Positions 27,126 through 34,873 are shown, counted from the first letter of the stretch. The stretch: DNA of 64,000 bases from Candidatus Bathyarchaeia archaeon (GCA_038817885.1 JAWAZE010000001.1:8941-72940), one strand, 5' to 3'. Made by a program: numbers and translations. Notes: generated by a model from the letters alone, not told the origin.

Positions 27126-28379
27126 GTGTGCCGTAGAGAACCATTTGAAGAACCATACATAAATGAGATTAAAGAATTGGCAGAAGCAGCTGATTATGAG
27201 GTTGCTGGTATTGTTGAGCAGATAAGATTGCCTCATCCACGCTACAATATAGGTCCGGGAAAAGCTAAGGAACTCGCTAAGATGGTTAAAGATGTTGGAG
27301 CAGAGAAGGTAGTCTTTGGGAATGATCTTAAAACAATTCAAATATATAATCTTGCCAAGATAACTGGCGTAGAAGTAATTGATCGCTTCCAGCTAATTTT
27401 AGAGATATTTGTTAAGAGGGCTTCAACGAAGGAAGCTAGACTACAAATTGAGTTAGCGCGGTTACAGTACGAGTTGGCTCATGCTAAGGAGAAGGTTAGG
27501 CTTGCTAAGATGGGCGAGCAGCCCGGCTTTCATGGACTAGGTAGGTATGAAGCAGACGTCTATTATAATGCGATTAAAAGGCGAATTCATAAAATTCAAG
27601 AAAAACTTAGAGAGATTAGAAGATTAAGAGAGGTCCATCGAGCGCGCAGGGCTGAGGCTGGCTTCCCCCTTATTTCGTTAGCCGGGTATACAAATTCTGG
27701 TAAAAGTACGCTCTTTAATGCTCTGACAAAAGAAAATGTTTTAACTGGACCGGATGTCTTCACAACTCTCTCCACGACGACAAGAGTTACAGAGGTTTTT
27801 GGGGAGAAGGTTTTCGTGACGGATACTGTTGGCTTCATAGATCGTTTACCTGTAACTCTAATTGAAGCCTTCTATTCAACCTTGGAAGAGATAGTATACT
27901 CTGATCTAATATTATTGGTCGTTGATATAAGCGATCCGATTAACGAGGTTGTGAGGAAATTTACAGCCTCATTTGAAGTTTTAAGGAAGATAGGTGCGGC
28001 CGGGATACCTACAATAATCGCTTTAAATAAAATCGACCTACTTTCTCAAAGAGAATTAGATGGGAAGACTAAGCATTTAGGCACAATCTATACAAGCTTA
28101 AAATTTATTCCAATATCCGCCCTTTATGAGACTAATTTAGATTTACTTAAGATGGAAATGGCCAGGTTTCTAAGAAGATATAAGGATCTAGCCTTTATAG
28201 TGCCAGTGCGCCAAGAATCGCTCTCCCTTCTCTCATGGATCTATGAAAATACAAAAGTGCATAAAGTGACGTATAATGATGATTCTTTAGAGGTGTATCT
28301 CGGCGCGCCGCAAAATTTGATAGAGAGAATTAAAGATTTCATTGAGAGGATCGGTGGCAAGATTGTGCCATCAGCATGA
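27126..28379 (+). CDS. hflX: GTPase HflX
   Basis: HflX N-domain plus coiled-coil 'ARLQIELARLQYEL'. G1 'LAGYTNSGKSTLFNALT', G3 'DTVGFI', G4 'NKIDL'. Confidence 0.9.
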   Translation: MCRREPFEEPYINEIKELAEAADYEVAGIVEQIRLPHPRYNIGPGKAKELAKMVKDVGAEKVVFGNDLKTIQIYNLAKITGVEVIDRFQLILEIFVKRASTKEARLQIELARLQYELAHAKEKVRLAKMGEQPGFHGLGRYEADVYYNAIKRRIHKIQEKLREIRRLREVHRARRAEAGFPLISLAGYTNSGKSTLFNALTKENVLTGPDVFTTLSTTTRVTEVFGEKVFVTDTVGFIDRLPVTLIEAFYSTLEEIVYSDLILLVVDISDPINEVVRKFTASFEVLRKIGAAGIPTIIALNKIDLLSQRELDGKTKHLGTIYTSLKFIPISALYETNLDLLKMEMARFLRRYKDLAFIVPVRQESLSLLSWIYENTKVHKVTYNDDSLEVYLGAPQNLIERIKDFIERIGGKIVPSA

Positions 28380-28911
28380 TTGGAAAGTCTTTGTCCTCAG
28401 ACTTGGACATAGGCCTGAGAGAGATAAGCGTGTTACGACGCATGTTCTTCTTGTCGCCAGAGCCTTTGGCGCCCATGGAGCCTTTTATAGTGGTCAAAGG
28501 GATGCGAAGATCGAGATGAGCATTAGGAAGGTTGTAGAATCATGGGGAGGTTCCTTCACCGTGAAATATATTGAAGACTGGGTTAAAAAAATAAAGGAAT
28601 GGCAAAAAGATGGCGGCGAAGTTATACACTTAACCATGTATGGCATACCATTAGACGATGTTATCCAAGAAATAAGGGATTCAAAAAAAGATAAACTTAT
28701 AGCTGTCGGCAGTGAAAAGGTTCCGAGAATTGTTTACGAGCTCGTGGACTGGAATGTTTCAATAACATCCCAACCGCATTCTGAAGTCGGAGCTTTAAGT
28801 GTTTTTCTGCATGAACTGTATATGGGGAGAGAACTTAAGAAGGAGTTTGAGAACGCAAAAATAAAGATTATTCCGCAGGCAAGGGGGAAGAAAGTCATAA
28901 GGATTTCATGA
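28342..28911 (+). CDS. tRNA (cytidine56-2'-O)-methyltransferase aTrm56 (SPOUT)
   Basis: 'VLRLGHRPERDKRVTTHVLLVARAFGA' is the Trm56 signature N-terminus. The true start is probably an internal GTG/TTG near 28354-28363, because the ORF-track start overlaps hflX by 38 nt. Confidence 0.8.
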   Translation: MRGSVARLCHQHDWKVFVLRLGHRPERDKRVTTHVLLVARAFGAHGAFYSGQRDAKIEMSIRKVVESWGGSFTVKYIEDWVKKIKEWQKDGGEVIHLTMYGIPLDDVIQEIRDSKKDKLIAVGSEKVPRIVYELVDWNVSITSQPHSEVGALSVFLHELYMGRELKKEFENAKIKIIPQARGKKVIRIS

Positions 28912-29002
28912 GAGACGCATTTCTTTCTTAAAGAGTCCGATTAATTTAAGTTTGTTAACAACTAATAATTATATATTTGTTGATTTCAGGGCGAGATTAA
29001 GC

Positions 29003-29512
29003 ATGTCGATTGTGAGCCACGATGTATTAATTAAGGTTGCATGCGCCGTCGGTGGTGAAGAGGCAGCTAAAATAGTTGAGGTTCTCAGCCAGAATGGTGA
29101 GATGACCGAGGACGAGATTGTGTCTAAAACTGGAATAAAGCTTAACGATGTCCGAAAAATACTTTATAAACTTTATGAACATTCCATAATTGGGCTAAGG
29201 CGGGTCAGGAGCAAAGATACTGGCTGGTTTACATTCTATTGGAGAGTGCAGTTAGATCAGATCGAGGGCTTTATAATAAGCCAAAAGAGACGCATATTAG
29301 AAAAACTTGAGAAGAGACTTGAGTATGAAAATAGTCACAGCTTTTACTATTGTTATACGCTTGGATGCAAGCGTTTATCCTTTGAGGAGGCGACGGAATA
29401 TTTGTTCAGGTGCCCAAAGTGTAACAAGCCGTTAACATATTACAATAACAGTAAAATAATTGAAGCCCTAAGGAAGAAGATTGAGAAGATTAAAAGTGAG
29501 TTAAATGAATGA
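29003..29512 (+). CDS. tfe: Transcription factor E (TFE alpha)
   Basis: Winged helix 'LSQNGEMTEDEIVSKTGIKLNDVRKILYKLYEHSII' plus a Zn-ribbon region 'YYCYTLGC...FRCPKCNKPL'. ATG at 29003 preferred over the upstream TTG. Confidence 0.8.
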   Translation: MSIVSHDVLIKVACAVGGEEAAKIVEVLSQNGEMTEDEIVSKTGIKLNDVRKILYKLYEHSIIGLRRVRSKDTGWFTFYWRVQLDQIEGFIISQKRRILEKLEKRLEYENSHSFYYCYTLGCKRLSFEEATEYLFRCPKCNKPLTYYNNSKIIEALRKKIEKIKSELNE

Positions 29513-30080
29513 AGGTTTACCCTCACCCGAAGAGGCTCTTAAAATTCTTAAGGATTTAGGTTGCTCTAACGAAGTAATAAGACATTGTGAAACAGTCGCG
29601 AAACTAGCTGTTAAGATAGTCAGTAAGTGTTTGGAAAAAGGTGTAAACGTAGATATGCAGTTGGTTTATATTGGAGCGCTTCTGCATGACGTGGGTAGAT
29701 CAAAAACGCATAGCGTTCACCATGCAATTATTGGTGCTGAAATAGCTAGATCTCTTGGTTTAGCAGATAAAATTGTAGCTATTATAGAGCGGCATGTGGG
29801 GGGCGGAATATCTTCTGAAGAGGCTGTTAAACTAGGTTGGCCGAAGAAAGATTATATGCCAGAGACCATTGAGGAGAAGATAGTTTTATGCGCTGATAAA
29901 ATGGTTGAAGGGTCAAATGTTGTTCCTATTGAGGAGACGATAAGACGATTTAAGGAAGAGTTAGGGGTAGATCACCCGGCAGTTGAGAGAATTAGACGCA
30001 TTTACCACGAAATTTTAAGTTTATGCTCCTGCAATGATCTTCTAAATAACCTAGATGCTTTAAACCAAAAAGATATATAG
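29505..30080 (+). CDS. HD-domain phosphohydrolase (TIGR00295-like)
   Basis: 'HCETVAKLA', 'GALLHDVGR' (HD motif) and 'IIERHVGGG'. Confidence 0.8.
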   Translation: MNEGLPSPEEALKILKDLGCSNEVIRHCETVAKLAVKIVSKCLEKGVNVDMQLVYIGALLHDVGRSKTHSVHHAIIGAEIARSLGLADKIVAIIERHVGGGISSEEAVKLGWPKKDYMPETIEEKIVLCADKMVEGSNVVPIEETIRRFKEELGVDHPAVERIRRIYHEILSLCSCNDLLNNLDALNQKDI

Positions 30081-30120
30081 CAACTGTCTCTTTTTCTCTT
30101 TAAGAGGAGAGGGAGCTGGC

Positions 30121-30693
30121 ATGGATGGCTTTGAGATAAGATCTAGACTACTAGTAAAGGATGTTATGAGTAGCCCAGTAGTAACTGTCAGTGAGGACGC
30201 TTCCGCCCACGAAGTTGCCAAGCTAATGAGAGATAATGAAATTGGCTGCGTCATTGTGAGTAGCAAGGATGGAAAGCCAGTTGGCATAATAACAGAGAAG
30301 GACCTTGTCACAAGGGTTATTGCTGAGAATATCTGGCCAAGCGAGATCACCGCTAAGGAAATAATGAGTTCACCGTTAATAACAATTGACGCTGAAAAAA
30401 CGATAAGCGAGGCTGCTAAGGAAATGAATCGCTATGATGTCAGGAGACTTGCAGTCATGTATAAGGGCCAGCTCGTTGGCATAATCACTAGCAAGGATAT
30501 ACTTTCTGTTACCCCGGAACTCATAGAGATAATTCAGGAAAGAGCGAAGATTTCGGCTGGTGAAGAGTCTGAAGAAAGTTTACCTCTGGCTGGATACTGC
30601 GATTATTGTGGAGCCTGGTCTGATAACCTTAAAGAAGTCGATGGCGCATATATTTGTGAAGACTGCTACATAGATAGAAAAAGCAGAGAGTAA
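30121..30693 (+). CDS. CBS-domain pair protein with a C-terminal zinc ribbon
   Basis: Two CBS repeats ('VKDVMSSPVVTV...GIITEKDL', 'AKEIMSSPLITI...GIITSKDIL'). C-terminus 'CDYCGAW...YICEDC'. Confidence 0.8.
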   Translation: MDGFEIRSRLLVKDVMSSPVVTVSEDASAHEVAKLMRDNEIGCVIVSSKDGKPVGIITEKDLVTRVIAENIWPSEITAKEIMSSPLITIDAEKTISEAAKEMNRYDVRRLAVMYKGQLVGIITSKDILSVTPELIEIIQERAKISAGEESEESLPLAGYCDYCGAWSDNLKEVDGAYICEDCYIDRKSRE

Positions 30694-30753
30694 TTTTAAA
30701 AGATAATTTATAGTCATATCTATTAGAGAAAATTAAGTTTTGGGAGATAAAGA

Positions 30754-32082
30754 TTGGTACTAGACCTTGTTCTAAAAGAGGCTAAAATATACGTGAATAA
30801 TAGAGTAATTGAAGGTGGAATAGCTATTGATGAAGGAAGAATCGTTAGGATTGCTAAGGAAGCTAATCTCCCAAGCGCCTCAGAGAAGATTAATTTGAAT
30901 GGAATGCTTGTTCTTCCGGGCGTTATAGATGCTCATGTTCATTTAAGAAACCAAGAATTGTCATATAAGGAGGATTTCTATTCTGGCACATGCGCCGCCG
31001 CTAACGGGGGCGTAACGCTTGTTATTGATATGCCGAATAATAAGCCAGTAACAATGAGCTTAGAGACGCTGAGAGAAAGGATGGAGAGAGCCTCTAGGAA
31101 GATAGTTGTCAATGTATCCTTCTTCTCAGCCTTTCCAAAGGATATAGATGAGATAAAACAAATAATATATGCTGGCGCAAAAGCATTCAAAATATTTCTG
31201 GCTCATAAGGTTGGTGGTTTAAACCCAGACGACGAGAGAAGAGTAGTAAGCGCTTTTAGGGAAGTTGCGGCTATCAACGTTCCAGTTGCGATACATGCAG
31301 AGGATGGCTTTCTCCTTAGCAAGAAACTTAAGGAAATTGGAGATCGAGATGACATAAATGCTTATCTCGAAGTTCATTCTAGTGAGGCAGAGATTAAAGG
31401 GATTCTACGTGCAATAAGATTTGTGAGGGAAAGCGGTGCGCGTGCACATATATGCCATGTTAGTACATCTGAGGGGTTAAAGACGATATTGCGTGAAAAG
31501 TCCAGAGACCTTCCAATCTCCTGCGAAGTCACACCACATCATCTCCTCCTCTCAGAGAGGGATTTAAGAAGGATTGGTAATGTTGCACTTGTAAATCCGC
31601 CCCTCAGGCCATTATCTGATGTTTTATACTTGCAGCAAGCATTGAAAAACGGTTTAGTTGATATTGTCGCATCTGATCACGCCCCCCACGCATTTGAAGA
31701 AAAAGATACTTCTTCCATATGGGATGTCTCAGCTGGAATACCTGGAATTGAAACTATGCTCCCTCTAATGCTCACCATGTTTAATAAGGGGCAAATACCA
31801 TTACAAACCCTAGTTAAAGTCTTATCTGAAAACCCTTCAAGAATATTTGGGTTTAAGGATAGAGGTCAAATTGCCGAGGGTTTTTACGCGGATCTTGTTG
31901 TTGTTGATTTGAAGAGGGAATGGACTATAAATTCACCAGATTTTTATTCAAAGGCAAAGTTCTCACCATTTGATGGTTGGCGTGTGATGGGGAAGCCTTT
32001 GAAGACATTTGTAAATGGTATATTAGTAATGGACGAGGGGGAAATCGTAGCCAAGCCAGGATGTGGTAGAATAGTTAGGTGA
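30754..32082 (+). CDS. pyrC: Dihydroorotase (cyclic amidohydrolase family)
   Basis: 'PGVIDAHVHLR', 'AFKIFLA', 'VAIHAED', 'HICHVST' and 'VASDHAPH' are amidohydrolase metal-ligand motifs in dihydroorotase order. Confidence 0.85.
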   Translation: MVLDLVLKEAKIYVNNRVIEGGIAIDEGRIVRIAKEANLPSASEKINLNGMLVLPGVIDAHVHLRNQELSYKEDFYSGTCAAANGGVTLVIDMPNNKPVTMSLETLRERMERASRKIVVNVSFFSAFPKDIDEIKQIIYAGAKAFKIFLAHKVGGLNPDDERRVVSAFREVAAINVPVAIHAEDGFLLSKKLKEIGDRDDINAYLEVHSSEAEIKGILRAIRFVRESGARAHICHVSTSEGLKTILREKSRDLPISCEVTPHHLLLSERDLRRIGNVALVNPPLRPLSDVLYLQQALKNGLVDIVASDHAPHAFEEKDTSSIWDVSAGIPGIETMLPLMLTMFNKGQIPLQTLVKVLSENPSRIFGFKDRGQIAEGFYADLVVVDLKREWTINSPDFYSKAKFSPFDGWRVMGKPLKTFVNGILVMDEGEIVAKPGCGRIVR

Positions 32083-32582
32083 AGAAGGTTATGAGCGACA
32101 TGAAGTTTATTGCTGATGGGATGCTTGGAAAAGTTGCTAGATGGCTAAGGATGCTTGGCTATGATACAGAATATGCTAATGATCTGCATGATGAAGAGAT
32201 ACTGAAAATAGCTATGGATGAAGGGCGTATTATATTAACTAAGGACTATCAACTTTTCAGAAAAGCCAACATAAATGGAATTAAAGCGGTTTTTGTGGAG
32301 GGAAATACTCATGTTGAGAAGCTGGCTGATCTCATAAGACAACTCAACATTAGATTAGAGATAAATATGGAGAGGTCACGTTGCCCAAGATGTAATTCTG
32401 CAATTAGAATGGTGAATAAGGAAAATATCAAAGATAAGGTGCCGGTCTCGACTTATAAAATATACAACGAATTTTGGATCTGTACTGCATGCGGGCAAAT
32501 ATATTGGAAGGGCAGCCACTGGAAGAGAATAAACGACTCTTTAAATAAAGCCAGAATAATTTTACTTGAAAGATCCAACTAG
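32079..32582 (+). CDS. Mut7-C/DUF82 PIN-like RNase-domain protein with a zinc ribbon
   Basis: 'FIADGMLGKVARWLRMLGYDT' and 'CPRCNS...WICTACGQIYWKGSHW'. Confidence 0.7.
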   Translation: MKKVMSDMKFIADGMLGKVARWLRMLGYDTEYANDLHDEEILKIAMDEGRIILTKDYQLFRKANINGIKAVFVEGNTHVEKLADLIRQLNIRLEINMERSRCPRCNSAIRMVNKENIKDKVPVSTYKIYNEFWICTACGQIYWKGSHWKRINDSLNKARIILLERSN

Positions 32583-33260
32583 GGTATCTTGAACAGAACC
32601 TTTACTATTGATCTTTATCTCCCCAATTCTCCTATTCTTTAAGACTTTATTAAGAATTATAATCCTTTCAAGCGCGTTTGGCGACGCCAATATTGGGCAT
32701 ATTAGTACATCATGGCATTTATTAACGCTAGATATGATTTCCGTTATTTGAGAGCAATATAGCCTTGTGAATGAATCATACTTTTCCCCAATGGCCTTGT
32801 ATATCTTCTCTATGAGAGGGCATTTCCCATAAAATCTTTCTTCCGGGCAAATATAGTATTTGAAATCTCGAATTATATTGCTTTCAGGTATCATTTTTTT
32901 AAGCGCATCGATACTTATCCTCCTATTAATTTCCCTCTCGCTGACCTTATTTTCAATATATCTTACAAGGAGTTTACTTATGATTGATGAGCCTTTGCCG
33001 AAGAGAGTTTCTTCTCGGATTACTTGGTTACTATTCGGCGTATACTCGCCTATCCAGAGTCCATAAAGTCCATCCTGTATGATTGGGCGTATCATGAAGC
33101 CCCATGATCTCTGCGGGGTTCTCTCAAGCAGCCACTCTGTATCGTCTAGTAGGTTTCCATACCCCTTAATATCTCGAAATATAAGCCTACCAAAATCTCT
33201 ATCAAAAATAATAATCACGCTGCCAATACTTAGCTCCTTTAATTTCTTATTAAGCATCAT
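32562..33260 (-). CDS. Hypothetical protein (no family recognised)
   Basis: 232-aa ORF with coding-like composition and scattered Cys ('YYICPEERFYGKCP', 'NKCHDVLICP'). Its 3' end overlaps the convergent Mut7-C gene by 21 nt. Confidence 0.5.
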   Translation of the reverse strand: MMLNKKLKELSIGSVIIIFDRDFGRLIFRDIKGYGNLLDDTEWLLERTPQRSWGFMIRPIIQDGLYGLWIGEYTPNSNQVIREETLFGKGSSIISKLLVRYIENKVSEREINRRISIDALKKMIPESNIIRDFKYYICPEERFYGKCPLIEKIYKAIGEKYDSFTRLYCSQITEIISSVNKCHDVLICPILASPNALERIIILNKVLKNRRIGEIKINSKGSVQDTLVGSFK

Positions 33261-33371
33261 TTAACCCTTAAAGGTATAAATAGATGTGGCATTTAAGTTT
33301 ATGCTTCTGTTTACATAACATTAAAGCTTCGCAAAATTTATATTTAGTTTAGTGTTTTAGAGTGCATCAAG

Positions 33372-33380
33372 CATATAAAT
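33372..33380 (+). promoter_or_regulatory. Putative TATA box for rpoK
   Basis: 'CATATAAAT' lies ~45-50 nt upstream of the rpoK reading frame. A GAGGGGGAG SD-like element follows at 33415-33423. Confidence 0.35.
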
Positions 33381-33425
33381 TGCCATTTAAAAATCTCCAT
33401 TCCTAAACAATAGTGAGGGGGAGAG

Positions 33426-33725
33426 ATTATTAAATCTACATCTGAGGAGCTTAAAAGCATAAACATTGAGAGTTCAAAAAAGAAGATTTTAATTGGGCCG
33501 CCTAAACTCACTCGTTTTGAAAAAGCTAGAATTATAGGCGCGAGGGCATTACAGATAGCTATGGGCGCCCCAATCTTAATAGAGGTTAAAGAAAATATGA
33601 AGAGCCCAATAGATATTGCGCTTGAGGAATTGAAACGCGGCGCCCTACCAATAACGATTCGTAGAACCCTCCCGAATGGAACCTACCAAGATATACCTTT
33701 AAAATGGCTTCTAGAAGAGGGATAA
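33426..33725 (+). CDS. rpoK: DNA-directed RNA polymerase subunit K (Rpo6/RpoK)
   Basis: Not in the ORF track. My translation of frame 3 gives '...[81 protein letters not shown]'. The frame is open from 33417 to the stop at 33723-33725. It has no ATG/GTG/TTG upstream of the conserved domain. The start is provisionally placed at ATT 33426. Confidence 0.8.
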   Translation: MIKSTSEELKSINIESSKKKILIGPPKLTRFEKARIIGARALQIAMGAPILIEVKENMKSPIDIALEELKRGALPITIRRTLPNGTYQDIPLKWLLEEG

Positions 33726-33731
33726 AAGAGT

Positions 33732-33854
33732 GGATTGCCAGCTTTCCCGGCTTCGCGGGGCCGAAGACCCCACTAAAACCGGGAACGGAGCGCGGTTTAA
33801 CTTCCAAGTTCGGAATGGGTTTGGGTGTTTCCCGCACCCTTTGGCCGGCAATCC
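33732..33854 (-). rRNA. rrf: 5S ribosomal RNA
   Basis: The reverse complement reads GGATTGCCGGCCAAAGGGTGCGGGAAACACCCAAACCCATTCCGAACTTGGAAGTTAAACCGCGCTCCGTTCCCGGTTTTAGTGGGGTCTTCGGCCCCGCGAAGCCGGGAAAGCTGGCAATCC. It contains the universal 5S 'CCGAAC..GGAAGTTAA' loop-B/helix-III core and an 11-bp terminal helix I. That helix extends 4 bp further to 33728/33858, possibly a processing stem. Confidence 0.9.
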
Positions 33855-33917
33855 ACTCGATTATTCTGTTAATAATTCTCTCTCTTAACTTTTTCGCTTA
33901 GAGAACTAGGCATAATG

Positions 33918-33926
33918 TATATAAAA
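33918..33926 (+). promoter_or_regulatory. Putative TATA box for the tRNA gene
   Basis: 'TATATAAAA' is centred ~33 nt upstream of tRNA position 1 (33955). Confidence 0.4.
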
Positions 33927-33954
33927 TGGATTCTCACCAAGTTTTTATGATGGT

Positions 33955-34150
33955 GGGGCTGTGGTCTAGCATCAGCCCATCCAAGTGGGCTGCTAGAGAG
34001 GTATGACGACTGCTTAGTGCGGCTCCGCTCAAGCCGTTAAGGGCTCCAGATGCCAGAAAACGGGTTTACTGACCCGGTTTAGGGGATGAAGACTGTCTGG
34101 AGCTTGGAGAAACCCGTAGGTCGCCGGTTCAAGTCCGGCCAGCCCCACCA
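33955..34150 (+). tRNA. Intron-containing tRNA, best reconstruction tRNA-Val(UAC), with genomically encoded CCA
   Basis: Acceptor GGGGCTG (33955-61) pairs with CAGCCCC (34140-46), followed by A73 and CCA. T arm GCCGG-TTCAAGT-CCGGC (34123-39). D arm GTCT-AGC...GGTA-TGAC. The total of 196 nt means ~120 nt of intervening sequence. See findings for details. Confidence 0.8.
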
Positions 34151-34153
34151 TCA

Positions 34154-34169
34154 TTTTTAAAGCCTTTTT
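34154..34169 (+). terminator. Oligo-T tracts downstream of the tRNA (archaeal-type terminator)
   Basis: Two T5 runs (34154-58 and 34165-69) lie directly after the CCA end. Confidence 0.35.
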
Positions 34170-34239
34170 AAACGAAGGGCCTAGTTTCTTCTAAGAGAAA
34201 TAAGTTGATGAGGAATAAAAGGGGAAGTATTTTTAGTTT

Positions 34240-34698
34240 TTATACTAGAGTTCTAAGGGAAGTCAATGCTAGGACAGCGTCCAGTAGTTTTTGAAATAGG
34301 CCTGCGCGCGTCACTCTGCCTATAATCTTACCCTTTTCAACGACATATACTCGTCTGATATCTTTTTCAACCATGAGTTTCCACACTTCTCCAAAAGATG
34401 CTTCTGGGTCGATTGTTATTAGTGGGCATGACATTATATCCTTTAACGGTACTCTATTTATGTCGAAGCCTTTTACTATAACTCTCTTAAATATATCGCG
34501 CTCTGTAACGACTCCCGTCGGTATATTATTGACCGTTACCACGACTGACCAGACATTGTTCTCCAGCATCTTCTTTACAGCTTCCATGACAGGACTATCT
34601 CCATCAACTGTCACAACGCCGCCTTCCATAACATCCCGCACTCTTAATGTAAGCGGCATAAAAGGCACCTTTTTGCTTTTAAAATTATTTTTATTCAT
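34240..34698 (-). CDS. CBS-domain pair protein
   Basis: Two CBS repeats: 'VRDVMEGGVVTV...GVVTERDIF' and 'LKDIMSCPLITI...GRVTRAGLF'. Confidence 0.85.
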   Translation of the reverse strand: MNKNNFKSKKVPFMPLTLRVRDVMEGGVVTVDGDSPVMEAVKKMLENNVWSVVVTVNNIPTGVVTERDIFKRVIVKGFDINRVPLKDIMSCPLITIDPEASFGEVWKLMVEKDIRRVYVVEKGKIIGRVTRAGLFQKLLDAVLALTSLRTLV

Positions 34699-34770
34699 TC
34701 TAGTTTATAAAACTATCAATAATATTCTGGAAGCAAGACCTGACAAGATCGTGCTTCTCGACCCTAAGCT

Positions 34771-34784
34771 AGTGATCTATCACT
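34771..34784. promoter_or_regulatory. Perfect 6-2-6 palindrome AGTGAT-CT-ATCACT in a divergent promoter region
   Basis: Read directly from the sequence. It lies in the 175-nt spacer between the divergent CBS gene (start 34698) and the SPOUT gene (start 34874). Confidence 0.3.
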
Positions 34785-34873
34785 GAGAAGGGCCCGTAAA
34801 AGATAAATGCGGGTTGAATAGAATGGGTTTATGCTTAAATATACGTCATTAAAGGTTATTTTAAGGGGTAATC

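Noticed and set aside
27081-27126. Possible N-terminal extension of hflX ('...KAIIV' upstream of the GTG start), suggesting another non-canonical start
   Set aside because: The upstream in-frame stretch has no ATG/GTG/TTG and overlaps the mbf1 end. Unlike rpoK, the conserved HflX domains are intact from the GTG at 27126, so there is no need to invoke an unusual start.
33586-33901. ORF-track ORFs 33586..33837 (-) and 33704..33901 (+)
   Set aside because: They overlap the rpoK 3' end and the 5S rRNA gene. Their open frames come from the GC-rich structured RNA, not from coding.
34003-34072. C/D-box-like elements inside the tRNA insert (ATGACGA at 34003-09, CTGA at 34069-72, GATGAA at 34085-90)
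   Set aside because: The C-box candidates each carry a mismatch to RUGAUGA. No terminal stem or C'/D' pair could be placed. This is probably chance.
34151-34873. Possible integrated element next to the tRNA gene
   Set aside because: I saw no integrase and no downstream direct repeat of the tRNA 3' end. The flanking genes (CBS, SPOUT, nadX, hppA) are ordinary chromosomal genes.
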